The notes: generated by a model not told the origin, from the letters alone. Positions 15,783 through 30,191 are shown, numbered from the stretch's first letter. The stretch: 64,000 nucleotides of DNA from Eledone cirrhosa (GCA_964016885.1 OZ024740.1:92814001-92878000), one strand, 5' to 3'. Translations and numbers: made by a program.

Positions 15783-15861
<79 letters not shown>

Positions 15862-15866
<5 letters not shown>

Positions 15867-16511
15867 GACGTAAAATAAGAAAATTATAAAAATTAACTTA
15901 CTTACTAAAATTTCACTTCAACTAATTAGTTTCTGAAAGGGAATAAACATGGTTTCCGAATGGAACAACATGGAGAATGCCTTTCGTCATCAGGCAGTCG
16001 ATTCTCCAAATTACTTTGTTGGGCAAAAATTTGACAAAACTTCTACTATATTTCATAGTAATAGTTAGGCTACTGTCTTCTTAACACCCATTCCGCACTG
16101 ATTAACCTCGATGTAACGTGATTTATTCTTTTGAATTTGCCACTGACAAAGTAGGCAGTGATTTTTTCAATGTCTTCGAATTTAGTCCTCGCTTGCTTTT
16201 TTCCATCCACTGAATTATTTTTGTATAAGGTCCCTGTGTCCACGCATCGCCTGGGAACTTAGCTGAGAATTGACTTCCTGATGACGAGCGGCATTCTCCA
16301 TGTTGTTCCATTCGGAAACCATGTTTATTCCCTTTCAGAAGCTAATTAGTTGGAGTGAAATTTTAGTAAGTAAGTTAATTTTTATAAATTTCTTATTTTA
16401 CGTCTTTCATATAATTGTTCTGCATCCCCTTGCATTGAACCACAAAGTTACTAAGACAAAACCTATATATTTCCTAGCATCTTTATATATATGATGTTAG
16501 ATATACTAATT

Positions 16512-16515
<4 letters not shown>
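15862..16515. mobile_element. Family B second locus, fold-back form; hammerheads at 15916-15997 (-) and 16274-16355 (+, GAAA mutated to GAAG)
   Basis: Homologous to 875-2217; short arm on left, long arm on right, both abutting (TA)n. Confidence 0.85.
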
Positions 16516-16564
<49 letters not shown>

Positions 16565-17565
16565 GCTATCAATTGTTTCCCAGGTGATATCACCCCCAAT
16601 ACAATCCTTTAGAGTGAAAGGCAGTTTTCCAATGCCTGGTGACATGGCTAAGAAACTGCGCAGTTGACAACCTTGAAAGGGATGAGGACTGCTCCCTGAT
16701 GATCTTTTACTTGTAAGGTTTCATTTCAAGAGGAAATCAAGACAAGAGGCAGGGTGCTAGCTTCCAACCAGTGAGTTGAAAACGGATGAAAGTGTTGAGC
16801 TTTTCGACCGGTTGAATACTCCTCATAAAACTATATAATTGTAGGTGTGTAGGTCATTACTGTGAGTGGGCCCTAGCGGTCTAGTTGAAAATGGCGATTT
16901 GCAAGCTTTCACATCGAATGACTATTTGAGAATATCAATACCTATTGTTTGATTCCTTTTAAAGATTTACTTTTCGATATGACAATTTTCATAGCTAAAG
17001 CACCACACCCTATCATCCTTCACCTTATGTATTGTTTCTTACTGTCAGAGATGTGTGGTTAATCAAGAAACATTAAGTATAATGAAATAAAACGAAAGAG
17101 ATTAAATTGAATAAAATAGAATACAATAAAACAATGATTTTGTTATATTAATAATATTCCTATAAAAATATTATTATAGTAATAGTATTATTAATGTTGT
17201 TAATAACATTACTAAGAGTACAAGATATAAACATAGACACACGCGCGCAAATGAACACGCACCAAATAGCACACACACATAGTCATCCGCATACATTCAC
17301 ATATACATAGAAGAATACATGAAATTACATGAAAGATGTACATGTAAATGTTCAGGAAAAGGTACGTTGATGGAAATATCAAAGAATACATGAAAACGTA
17401 TATGGAACTGTTCTACAACAGATCATTACTCGGAGCTTCTGTCTCTGTGGTGTGGTAAATAAGTCAACACGCTAGCACCGACAGCTCAACACTAGTTCAC
17501 GTAGCAATTTAGTCACATTGTTGTAGAAGCTCTGGTGGAAATGTAAGTAGACTCACACGCATAGA

Positions 17566-17612
<47 letters not shown>

Positions 17613-17634
17613 AGAGAGAAATATAGAGATAAAA

Positions 17635-17711
<77 letters not shown>

Positions 17712-18157
17712 CACACATACATTTATATAAATCAGAATAAATGTTGTTGAAACGGCAGGAACTCCGCAGCCTGGGTCCCGAAATTTAACTATGTATATAT
17801 TCTATGTGATACTGCATCCATCGGTTGAAATTTCGTTTTTAGAATGATTAACAATACTGGTGTGTAGATTGAAGCTGGAACTAGGGCTAACACGAATCTG
17901 GTCGATATTCAATAAAGATCTTTTATGTGAAACTTCCTTTTGTTATACTTAACCCTCCCCCCACATCCACTCATACTCACACACATATATACATATTCAT
18001 AAATATACATAAATACATACGCACACACACATACACACACGCACACACACACACACACACATACACACACATATATATATATATATATTATGAAGAGAGA
18101 AGAAACATTTAGATATAATTAGTAATAAAATGTATCATACCTAAACTGCTCCTAGAT

Positions 18158-18245
18158 TCCTCGACTACGTAGTTTCGTGGCATAAACAAAAACAATACAT
18201 CATAAAGATATAGTCTTTGCGAGGTCTGCCGACTTATCAAGAGGA
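18158..18245 (-). ncRNA. Hammerhead ribozyme with U3-A8 core, family F
   Basis: Reverse complement uccuc-UUGAUAA-gucggca...ugccac-GAAA-cuacguag-UC-gagga; perfect 5-bp stem I, GUC cleavage triplet. Confidence 0.75.
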
Positions 18246-18748
18246 TACCTCATTTTACAATCCTCAAGAACGCGTCCACACGACGTGAGGAAGAATCACA
18301 AAAGGCGGAGGGGGAGATAGTCACGCGATATAACGGTCGAGAATCAGAGCTAAGCCTCTTATAACCCCGAAGAAAATACCATGGAGGCGGAGGGGGTATT
18401 TATATCGAAGCCGTAGAAGAGGTGGTGAAGGGGGCCAGAAGTATGAGTAATGGCAGCTTTCCAGCAGTCACCACACTTCAAAGATTACTCGACCAGAGGG
18501 AGTTATGAACAATATATTTAGAAACACACAGATACATGTGGACACACACATATACATGAATGCATCCACACCCAACCGTGAGTTAATGGTCCCAACCTTA
18601 CCGATGTTGCTCAATGAATGACCGGGACAGACCAATCCGGTTGAATTAGACTGAACCAGTATCAGAGTTAAAAATACATTATGAAGAGATAAGAAACATT
18701 TAGATATAATTAGTAATAAAATGTATCATACCTAAACTGCTCCTAGAT

Positions 18749-18838
18749 TCCTCGACTACGTAGTTTCGTGGCATAAACAAAAACAATACATCATAAAGAT
18801 ATAGAGTCTTTGCGAGGTCTGCCGACTTATCAAGAGGA
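18749..18838 (-). ncRNA. Hammerhead ribozyme with U3-A8 core, family F (second unit)
   Basis: Same motif as 18158-18245. Confidence 0.75.
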
Positions 18839-19756
18839 TACCTCATTTTACTAGCCTCAAGAACGGTCTACACGACATGAGAAAGAATCCCAAAAGGCGG
18901 AGGGGGAGATAGTCACGCGATATAACGGTCGAGAAACAGAGCTAAGCCTCTTATAACCCCGAAGAAAATACCACGGAGGCGGAGGGGGTATCTATATCGA
19001 AGCCGTAGAAGAGGTGCTGAAGGAGGCGAGAAGTATGAGTAATGGCAGCTTTCCAGCAGTCACCACAGTTCAAAGATTACTCGACCAGAGGGAGTTATGA
19101 ACAATATATTTAGAAACACACAGATATATGCGGACACACACATATACATGAATGCATCCACACCCAACCGTCTAATTCAACCGGATTGGTCTGTCCCGGC
19201 GCAGGACTGAATGTTATATATGACTCATGAAGGCCGATATGATCTAAAATTCATGTTCTAAATATTGCGCAAACAAGCGACCGAAATGAGTTAATAGATA
19301 AATAATATAGCGTATTCTATACCGAGTTGGCGAATTCAAAGGGATAAGAAAGAAACGTTACTGCAATATCTATATACAAATCTATTTTACTTCAGCATGA
19401 TAGCAGTTTAATTACCGAAACCGGTAAATGTAAAAGAGCGTGAGGATACTCTACTGTCTGATTACATGTGGCAATTTAATTCATTAACGTTAAAGCTATG
19501 TTAACGCGGACAATAGAATAGGTAATATTTTTAGCATTTGCAATGAAAGCAAATATTTAAATAGATTTCACCAGTTCAATGTGATATCTTTTGTTGTTTT
19601 CTTGAGCAACGCATTTCACCTCATAAGATAAATTATGAGTCACATAATCACCTTCGGATTAACCTTTGAAAATAAAATATTGTGTAATATTGCAGCAGAG
19701 TGTTTCTGTATGATTAATATATTGGTGCTACAATTTGTTAGATACTTATATAACAC

Positions 19757-20859
19757 ACTAGCAGCAGTACCCAGCGTTGCCTGGGTAGGTAAAATAATAT
19801 CTGCTTTTATGAAAACATGTTGATCTTAGCGACTGCGAGTTTCTTGACAATCGGCTATAAGGTGTAGCATATAGAGAAATGTTGAGTGAAATTGTATGGA
19901 ATATGTGGGAGGTGGAAAAAAATCGTATTTTGAAGAGTTCAACGGCTGCCACGCCATCCCTGAACCCCAAAAATGCAAAGTGTAAAGCTACTATAAGATG
20001 TGCAATGATATCGTAGTATAAAAGTTGAACCAAATAAATTGATTTATGTGTGAGGTGGAGTCGAAGTTTCGAATTTGAAGAAATCGGTTGAAAAATGTGG
20101 GAGATAATGATAGGTCACCGTCCCTAAACAAAACATGCAAAGTGTAAAACTACTTTAAGATGTGCAATGATAGGTTCTATCGTAGTATAAAAGGTGAACC
20201 AAATAGATTGATTTATGTGTGAGGTTAAGCTCAAGTTTCGAATTTGAACGAACTCGTTTGAAAAATGTAGCAGCTAGAGTCGCAAAGGAGGGAAATTGAG
20301 CGAAAAGGTGGTATTTTCGAATATTTAATCGGTTGCCACGCCGTTTCTGAACAAAACATCCAAAATGTAAAGACATTTTAAGTCGTGAAATAATCAGATC
20401 TAGCGTAGTGTAAAATCTGAACAAAGTAGGTTGATTAATGTTGGAGCTAGAGCCGAACAAGTGGAAATTTGAGTCTAAAAGTGGTATTTTTGAATATTTA
20501 AGCGGCTGTCACGCCGTCCCTGAACAACGCATGCACAATATAAAGACATTTCAGGATATGCAATGATAAATTCAAATTTTGCTTTAAAATCTGAACGAAA
20601 TCGGTGCCAAATTGTGGAAGCTAGAGCACAAAATCTTATTTTTCGATACCTAAAAAAAGGAGACCACCTATCGATTTTTATCTCCAGAATGACCCCGGAA
20701 TGAAAAAAAAAATGATATATAGTAAACACTCCCCGATGACTAATCTATGAGTCTGTAAACTTTCATGAAAATCGGTCGTAAGATGTAGGCCCTATAGATA
20801 ATACACATACACACAGACACACGCACCACACACATAATTAATTTTATATATATACAGAT
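19757..20859 (+). mobile_element. Non-autonomous Helitron/Helentron-type element with internal subrepeats
   Basis: Begins actagcag then hairpin acccag-cgttgc-ctgggt; four diverged internal repeats of roughly 170-220 bp (ccgtccctgaacaaaacatgcaaagtgtaaag...); ends tttcatgaaaatcgg...(CA)n...ttttatatatatacagat. Confidence 0.6.
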
Positions 20860-21124
20860 AAATAGTACTGAGTTCCTTAAATTAGTTAATTAGGCTATAA
20901 ATAAACGTCATTCTAAATATAGTTGTCATTGCTTCATTCTAAAGAAGCAACCCGTTAACCCCAACCCCAAAATTCTGAAGGTCAGTATTAAATATAAATG
21001 ACTAGAATGCGAATTATGAATATATTTCTAATTCCCATTTAACAGGCAATATATTCATACAATGTATTTTCATATATATATCATATACGACTAACAACCG
21101 ATCCGTACAAACACAGACACACAC

Positions 21125-21163
<39 letters not shown>

Positions 21164-21305
21164 TATATATAATCACAAGATACATACATTCCATTCACGC
21201 AAACACGAATTTCATTCCCCCTTAATTCCTCTCTTTTCGTTTCTCTCTCTGCCTCTATTTCTCTCTCTCTCTTACATACACACTCTCGCACATTCTAACA
21301 CAAAT

Positions 21306-21349
<44 letters not shown>

Positions 21350-21392
21350 ATACACACCCATACACACACACACACATACATATACTTACATA

Positions 21393-21517
<125 letters not shown>

Positions 21518-24494
21518 ACAAATGTGTGTGTGTATATATAAATGGTCATACTTCTGTGTGTGTTTTGTGTTAGGAGTGTGGTAGAGACTTTTGTTTGTAT
21601 ACTTAAAATATATCTATAGTTGGCCTAGACAGTTAATATCTAATAGATTATAAACTTCCAATGCTTAATCACCGGAACGTACATTATATCAAATATTATT
21701 ATACTTCACTACGTGTAATAGTAATCTGTCAACAGTAATTAATTGGTTTCCCACACCAGTAAAATACGAATTCGAAAATATGAACTAAAATAGTGCCAAA
21801 TTATATCGGTTAAAACAACAACAGCATAACGAAGACAGCCATATAAACATATAGAGTACATTACCAGTAACAAATGATTTCCATAAAAGAAATAAAAATG
21901 ATGAATTCGTCTAGAAATCAATTATCAAAGAAAACAGCAAATACATAAATGCTGACAACAAATGAATCTTAAATTATATATTTCGAAACGCTACATCTAA
22001 CACGATGAGTTATGGTTAAGATCAAATCATCAGAAACTCCAAAAACTTGGTTCATTATCTCTGTTATTAAATATGAATCGTGTATTTAAATGCCTTTTTA
22101 CATTTCCGGAAATGTTCTCAATATGTTGAATAGTTCTATTATATACATCTTACATAGATACGTATGTTTGTTAGTTTATGAGATTATATTTTCGTATAAA
22201 GCATGTTGGAAAATAATACCAGCACAATCAACACCTAGTATGCCACTTTTAATAACTCAATACCCATCAGGAGATCACTTCCCTGACACTATGATGCATG
22301 ACAATAATGAAAGAGTGTCGATAACACACTGGCGATATATGTTGTGGATTCTAGATATAATCATATGATTTCAGTTGCAATATTTATCTTTTAATAAAAC
22401 CATAATACATTTGTATCTACAAATAACATTGTAGTTGTTTTCTTTTATTATTTTATTTTTCCTTTGTATACGACAGTCATAGAAGAATAACACTAGCCCT
22501 GTTTCAACTGATAAATTTGCGGTCCTATGTAAATATCTGTAGGCAGTGTGCTATGCTGATTAGGGGAACTAAGAGGAGAAGGATGAATGAATGAACCACA
22601 GATATGTGTGAAGTATTTATCGTTAAGAACATAAATGAATAGCAAGCCTGAAAATAGGCGGAGAAACAAATGGTGGTTATTTAGGTAGTGATAGTATCAT
22701 CGAATATAAGTTTGCTATAATTGGTAATTTAGATTTGTATGACAAGTCATATGTAGTAATTTTCATAGGTTATTTGTGAGTTTTTAATGGGTATGGATCA
22801 AGTGCCATCATAAAACATATATCGTTTTAGCTAATTTATATTTTAGTTGTTCAAAACAGGATGATGTGATCTTCAAGCGTAGAATGTGCATGTACTGCGA
22901 TAATGAAGAAACTAACATTAGCATATTATTCTAACGAGTGCGCGCTGTGTAGCATAGAATATGTTATGAAAATTAAAGCTGAATATTTTTCGTATGGTGT
23001 GCTACAAACATCAATTAACTGTGGACGGTGGGTTGGAAAGATTACGCAAAGACACAGCTACAATGTTTAAAAAGGCTTGTAAGTTATTGCGAAGCATTTT
23101 CCACATGAAAATCGTTTAGATAACAAAGAGCAAACACAATCATTTTGTGATAAGTTTAGTTGAAATGAAATACGAAATGACTAGAAAAGCATAACATTCG
23201 ATAGTTAATTTGAGTCGAACATATAAAGGAAGAATGATTGCTTATATGAATTAATCCAAATGTAATTAGTACATGTAGAGGGTAGTACATGGTATCTTTG
23301 GAAACAAAGAGGACATGAAATCATTTGGTTTTCTTACACTTAAAATAATTATTATATCCTAAGAAACTATATGATCAAATTATTTAACGTTACAATTTGA
23401 AGTAATTATTCAGTCAATTTACCTGTGGATGTTTTCTGCATTAAATGTAATTAGCAGCTGGAAAATGTTTAATTAGATGATATGCAACCCATGACATTCT
23501 ACTAAAAAAACAACAATAGTTTTCTCCAATTATAAGTAATTACTTTTATATTAGATTCATAATTTATATTTGTTAATGAAAACACAAAAGTATTTAAAAA
23601 GTAGATATATCTGTTTAATGTCATTGTCGATAACGAATTAAGGTAGAAGTACTAGTAGGAAAGGGCACGACACAGGGTGATATATAGAGAATTTGTTAAC
23701 GCGTTCCCTAATATTTAATGACGAACGACATGCTTAGTACCACTGCCACAATATACATGCCATAAACCAAATCTGATGAGGGAAAGACATTTCAAAAAAT
23801 AGTATCTGCCATTCTCCTACGTCTACTAAAATATCTGTGATACGATCACAATTTGAAATATTCGAATTGAGAAAATTCTGTTTGACATACTGTATATACC
23901 TATATTATAACCGCTATCAGTAAACACGATACACTAGCATTATTTCTTTAAATTCTCTGGAAATATAATAATCCTCAGAAGACTGCCGATGAGAGGCAAT
24001 TGTTCATGTGTGTGTCTCTTCCGTGTTTTCAGTTTCCTACATTTTCCCACGTGTTTTAATGAGATAAAGTTGAAGCAATTGTTTATTCTTTAGTAATTGC
24101 TCTGAGATAAATATATATATTCTTAAATTATTAATTATTTAGATTAGCTAAGTTTATGAACATTTTTTTTCTTTTTTGTACTTAAAAGCATAAAAGCTAC
24201 TGAACGTCTATTAGTATTTTTTTAAATGAACAGATGATTTTATTTAATCATTCTGGGCTAACATTCAAATAATAAATCTAATATATCTTTCAATTTTGAT
24301 ATTGTTCTCAGCATTCTCTATATTCAACCGCATTTGTAATATAGCTTATTTCACGAATAGCTATTTAAGTACGCTCTCTGTATTCCCTTGGAATATTCTA
24401 TTACATTTGATGTTTTAGTTTCACTTCGGAAATATCAACTCTAACTAGCAGTATGTTCTAACTGCATGACAACAGTCACTCATTCCTAAATATT

Positions 24495-24685
24495 GGTAGA
24501 TTGGCAGTATTGGTAGAGTGCCGGATGCCATGCTTTGACGTATAGAGTTACGGCCCTTGCCATTATGAGTCCAAATCCCGCCAAGATTAACTTTGCCTTT
24601 CATCCTTACGGGGTCGATAAAATAAAGTACCAGTAATGCACTGGGTATTTGCTGGCCTTGTGCCTAACGTAGAAACAATTATTAT
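24495..24685 (+). mobile_element. tRNA-derived SINE (octopus-type)
   Basis: tggcagtattggtag (A box), gagtccaaatccc (B box), then actttgcctttcatccttacggggtcgataaaataaagtaccag...ggccttgtgcct..gtagaaa, matching the common octopus SINE as I recall it. Confidence 0.8.
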
Positions 24686-24949
24686 GTTGACTGTCAATAT
24701 AATCGTAATCTTCTGCGAGGAAAGCAGTAAACTCCTGCTTATTTATTTTAAAACGTTTAAATGTTACTTTGAGTAAGAATTGATTTATTTTACATATATC
24801 CGACACATAAAAGTAAACAACAGTCTAGTAACAATATCTACGTACATTAATACGAATATAGCATTATAATTATGCAGATAATTAAGAAAAAAAACGTCTG
24901 TGTAATGCAAGAGAGCTGTTAAAACTTGTAATTGAGATTGGTCCTGTTG

Positions 24950-25640
24950 CCAATTCTGTGATCAAAAACATACACACTTTATGAGATTGAATTCAGCTAT
25001 ATTATTTTTAGTGATTGTTATTAGTTAATTTGTCAAGGCTTTTCCCTCATACATTCTGTGATCTCCACAATAACTATTTGTTCTTCCTTTGTGTGCTTCC
25101 TCTTCTTTCTGGGCTGATTCTGTATACGCCATGTCTGTTTGTGCCTGTACATGTGTGTATCTTGGATGTGTTTTTGTATATTGCACTTTGTGTCTGTGTT
25201 TTCGTACGTTTTCCGCATGTGTCCTGATTTGTCTTCAGGCTTTACGTTGTGCAGTGAGCCTGTTGCTATTCCATTTTTTTTTCTCTCGAAGCTCATTCTC
25301 TTTTGAATTTGGTGCGTAGCCTTTTTAATTGTCTAGGTTATTCAATTCTATGTTAACTATCAAGCTCCATGTTCTAGTTTTGCATGCTGTTTTAGCAGAG
25401 ACGAGCTCTTCCCCTCTTTGAGTTGTTACCGGTTTTCTTTATCATCTCTCCCCATTCTGCCGCCTGTCTCTTCTCTATACACTATATTCATGTTGCATTC
25501 TTAGTTTTGCAGTTTAGCTGTGGGGTTAACCTAGACATTATTCAGTCTCTATTATCAGAGAGGGTTCATTCAAAATGACATTCCCTACTGATCAGTGATT
25601 TTATATGATTTCCTGGATTCACGCCTATTTTAGTCATGTT
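24950..25640 (-). mobile_element. Old decayed PLE (C-like) 3' fragment
   Basis: Reverse complement gives PQLNCKTKN and a decayed YIGET-like segment, collinear with the C1 GIY-YIG region. Confidence 0.55.
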
Positions 25641-27096
25641 TATATATATGATTTTCCTTGTGTACACTTACGCACGCACAAATAAACACATGTTTACAAA
25701 GAAGTCTTATATCACAAAAGAAATATTCTGTTCACATGAATAATTATTTCCCCATGTAAAAAATAAATTTCTCCCCATTCAAATATTTGAAATTAAATGT
25801 TGATTTTAAAGAACTATTTCTGAACTAGTTCCCTGAAATCTGTTTCGAAATACATTACTCTTGATGGTAGTATAACCCGTGGTATTGATTTGGCCAACGC
25901 TTAGAAGTAATTTATTTAATAAAGTTTCCCGAAAAAACTTTACTTGAATGCAACATTTAGTTTTTTTTTCCTTTTGAAAAATGTTCTTCTATGTTGAACT
26001 TAGTTATCATTCTGCACAGATTTTACAAATAATAAATGTCGTTTGTGATATGTTTTTATGAGTTTGATATATGAAGACTGTAAATAATTTGAGATAGGCA
26101 TGTAACCTTTAAAACGTTAAATAACAAACGTCTTTCTTTTCAACTCTGATTATCGCCGCCGGTTGCTATTATATTAATGGTATATTATAATATGAATTTG
26201 AAAGGCGTGTCTGATGTAAGGCATACAAGAATAGATGACACATCGAATGTATATTGCTATCTACATTAAATACCGATTTAAAAAAAATTATCTTGGGTAT
26301 CATTACGGAATTTTCAAACACTCATCAAACAGAGATGGAGCCGTCGATGAGAATGGTAACATTACTTAAATCTTATACTTTTCTGTCACTACTCTTTTAA
26401 CAATTGCCTAATAACAATGCTAAGCAGTTTCCTTATACACATATGTACATGTTTACTTCTTTCGAGTTAAACCAACTTTCTTTCCATGTATTCCCTTACA
26501 ATGATTATGTTGTTCCCCCCACCCCGCAATTTCCCCTGTGGTCAAACTCCATATGCGTGTCGACAATTAACTTATTCCTAGGCTGCTTCCATCCAAATTG
26601 TCGTACACATTCTTTTACCCTCGTTATTCTATAGGTTATTGCATCATTTCCACACACCATTACCTCGCTTTACGCCGTCCCGCGTTTTCAGAAATCTGAC
26701 AATTTTTACACAACAGAAATATTTTATTCTCATACAACGATATATTGTATTTCTTCAACCTATTTTATTGTTAGTTTACTGTCTGATACATCAGTTTCAC
26801 ATTTCCTCCCAGGTTCAAATTGTGTTAATTATATTTCTTTTTTTACAGTTCCCAGCAAATTTGCATTGTTGATAATATCAGATACAACAGTTTTGTCTTA
26901 GGTGTCTATGGTACAAATATTTGACATAACGACAATGACAGTATGTGTTAATTTTTATTTTATTCACACATCTTCATTTTCACTGCTTCCAAAATTATTT
27001 TTATCGTGTTTAGGGTATTACATTTTCATTGCTGTTTTATAATATTTAATTAGCGTTTCTTGCCCTATTTTTTATAGGTGGGAGACACACACACAC

Positions 27097-27184
<88 letters not shown>

Positions 27185-27771
27185 ATATGTGTCATTTCAC
27201 TTTTAAATTAATGTTTGTATATAATATATTATGAATTGTAACATGAAAGATAAAACAGGGTTCTCGCAGTATCACTGAAGTGATTTGTAGGCAGAATTGT
27301 TCAATACACGATGATATTCATATAGGATTGATTAATTGATGCCGGAATAATGACAACTGTGATATTTTTCGAAGTAGAAAGCCTTCTAAATGCGAAATCA
27401 TAAACGTTTAACGGACAATCATGTTAAGACTGTTTGAAAGGTATTCGTGAAAATGTGTTTTCCATTGAGTATATCAATATTGTTAATGAATGATATATAT
27501 AGTAAAATTCTATGTAATTACAACGATGGAGGGTAAGATTTAATTAAGATTAATTATAACCGATCTCATCTATAAAAACGTATATTTTTGACCTTGTGGT
27601 CTTATGTTTTCTCTTTCCACTCATCCTGTCTCCCTTTCTATACAAACACATACACTCACATGCAAACACACACACCAATACACACGCACTCATTCACAAA
27701 CACACACACAAGCACACACGCACACACACATATACACACATACACACACATACACACACACACACACACAC

Positions 27772-28134
<363 letters not shown>

Positions 28135-28698
28135 TGTCGAACAATGAAAGAATTAATCCACTGTTGTATGTCCGTTTCAAAGTGTGAGATAAACCATGAT
28201 AATATAAATATATAAAATTCTTGTTTCTAATGTTGATCGGTGTGTTGGACGTATTTTATTGGAGATAATAATAAATATAGAAGACTCAAACTCATCCGTT
28301 ATATTTACGTTGTTTAACCTATATATCTTTCATTTACACAACAACATAAGATATAATACCATTCTTGCACAGAAGTAAATTGTTTTGATAGGATATTCAT
28401 TTCTACAGTACACTGAGTTCGATTAATTTTATAAGACCTATAAATATCTTGCTAGAGAATTAGTGCATACATACACACACACATACACACACACATACAC
28501 ACAAAACACACGCGCACACACACGGAGACACCTCACACACAGACACACACACACACACAAACACACACACACCATATATATATATATATATATATATATT
28601 ATTTCTTCATAGGTGCCTTTTAATCTTATAGCCTGGTTTGATTATTTTTTGTGTGTGGTTGATTATGATGATAGGGAGACGTGATGGAGTATATATCT

Positions 28699-28810
28699 TA
28701 TCAAATGATTCTATGGACATACTTTATTGTATATATATATTTATATATATATATATATATATATATAAATATATATATACAATAAAGTATGTCCATAGAA
28801 TCATTTGATA
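28699..28810. repeat. Perfect 112-bp palindrome centred on (TA)n
   Basis: tatcaaatgattctatggacatactttattg / caataaagtatgtccatagaatcatttgata; even the interruptions of the TA tract are mirrored. Confidence 0.95.
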
Positions 28811-29132
28811 TATATATATATATATATGAATGAAATTAGACTGAGAAACGGGACTGTCCATCATCAGTAGGCTGATTATCATTGGTATTTCTTCGCATTA
28901 AAGACTAGATACCTCAAAAGCAGTGCGAGCGATAACTAAAATAAGTTAGAAAAGAAGAAGAAATGCGAAACAAGTAAATGAACCAAATACATATATATAT
29001 TTATTTTAAAAAAAGACTCCAGTTGCATTTTCCATTTCATCTTTTTTTCTTTATACTTTCACTCGTGTAGGACACCTCGGTTATTTTTCATTTTGTAAAA
29101 AACCTCACTTTCTAATATATATATATATATAT

Positions 29133-29436
29133 AAGCGAGGCCTAGCAAATAGAGAAAAATGTTTTAAAATACATGTTAAACAATTCGCTGTACGTACTAT
29201 ATGTGCCTTTACCGCGGTTTCCGTTTATTCAGGAGCATGACACCGCGGTAAAGGCACATATAGTAAGTACAGCGAATTTTTTTAAACTATTTAAAAACTT
29301 TTCCTCTATTTGCTAGACCTCGATTTTATCTGTTCTGGCTTGTTAATTTATTAACCCGCCATAGAAGTACATTGGCATACGTTTGGATAATACTTGTTTC
29401 CCTATATGTATTTATAACACGGAGGAATTCATACTT

Positions 29437-29440
<4 letters not shown>
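29133..29440. mobile_element. Family P: 3'-tip fold-back insert broken inside a hammerhead
   Basis: Arms 29133-29218 and 29242-29322; junction carries GAAA-ccgcgg-TA-aaggc on the minus strand; right arm has extra tail. Confidence 0.65.
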
Positions 29441-29497
<57 letters not shown>

Positions 29498-29870
29498 TGT
29501 ATATATATATATATACACACACATATATGTATCACGCTCGCAACAACGCTGCACGCCATCTTGACATTATAGTCACTTATATATTATAAAATACTGTTGG
29601 CTTCTTGCTCGCATTAATTTCTCTATTTTCATTTATATATATATATATATAGTATTAGTTATACTATCTATGGTTATGTAAATACAAAACCTTATGCAGT
29701 TATAAGTATTTTACATACTCCCTAAATAGTTGTAGGCAGTAATGTATTACTACCTTATTACCAGTAAGTTAAGTAGCTCAATGTAAAAACATCAGATGAT
29801 TTACAGAATATGTATCGGTATGACTCTCGGCTGAAAAGGAGGTCATATAACTGTCCATGCATTAATAAAT

Positions 29871-29906
29871 TGCTCCGAAGAATCTCGGAGGAAACAGCTG
29901 TAAGCA
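29871..29906 (+). ncRNA. Degenerate minimal hammerhead
   Basis: tgct-CCGAAGA-atctcggag-GAAA-cagctg-TA-agca; U4 replaced by C; palindromic stem III. Confidence 0.5.
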
Positions 29907-29935
29907 CAATAATGTTTTGAATAGTTCTTTGATTC

Positions 29936-30004
<69 letters not shown>

Positions 30005-30006
<2 letters not shown>

Positions 30007-30188
30007 CGAAGGAAATGTGGTAAGGAAACAGGTGGACCATAACGCACCAAAGTACTCCATACTTAGGGTAGTAGAGTGGGTAATAGGAACGAGTAGGACA
30101 CCGACGGCTGAACTCAAGCCGTTTCGACGGCTCGTCCAGAATTAGCCGTCGAAACGGCTTCAGCTCAGCCGTCGGGGTCTTATTCGTT

Positions 30189-30191
<3 letters not shown>
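30005..30191. mobile_element. Family O: 3'-tip fold-back insert (copy 1)
   Basis: gacggctgaactcaagccgtttcgacggct / agccgtcgaaacggcttcagctcagccgtc; contains hammerhead 3' half GAAAC-ggc...gcc-GTC. Confidence 0.75.

Larger units (their letters stand above)
12202..15786. mobile_element. Penelope-like element C1: two 5'-truncated copies joined head-to-head, 3' ends outward in (TA)n
   Basis: Left arm (-) 12202-14293, right arm (+) 14301-15786; termini ttgttatacttggggagggtc / gaccctccccaagtataacaa plus a tail of about 45 bp on the right. Confidence 0.92.
18087..19198 (-). mobile_element. Family F: tandem 591-bp non-coding hammerhead unit (about 1.8 copies) plus a 28-bp inverted piece; retrozyme-like
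   Basis: tcctcgactacgtag at 18158 and 18749; 19171-19198 is the reverse complement of 18622-18650. Confidence 0.85.

Noticed and set aside
19385-19435. gaaaccggta palindromic stem III-like motif
   Set aside because: No recognisable CUGANGA half upstream
19940-20580. Regularly spaced repeats resembling an array
   Set aside because: Whole units are homologous with no unique spacers; internal subrepeats of a Helitron-type element, not CRISPR
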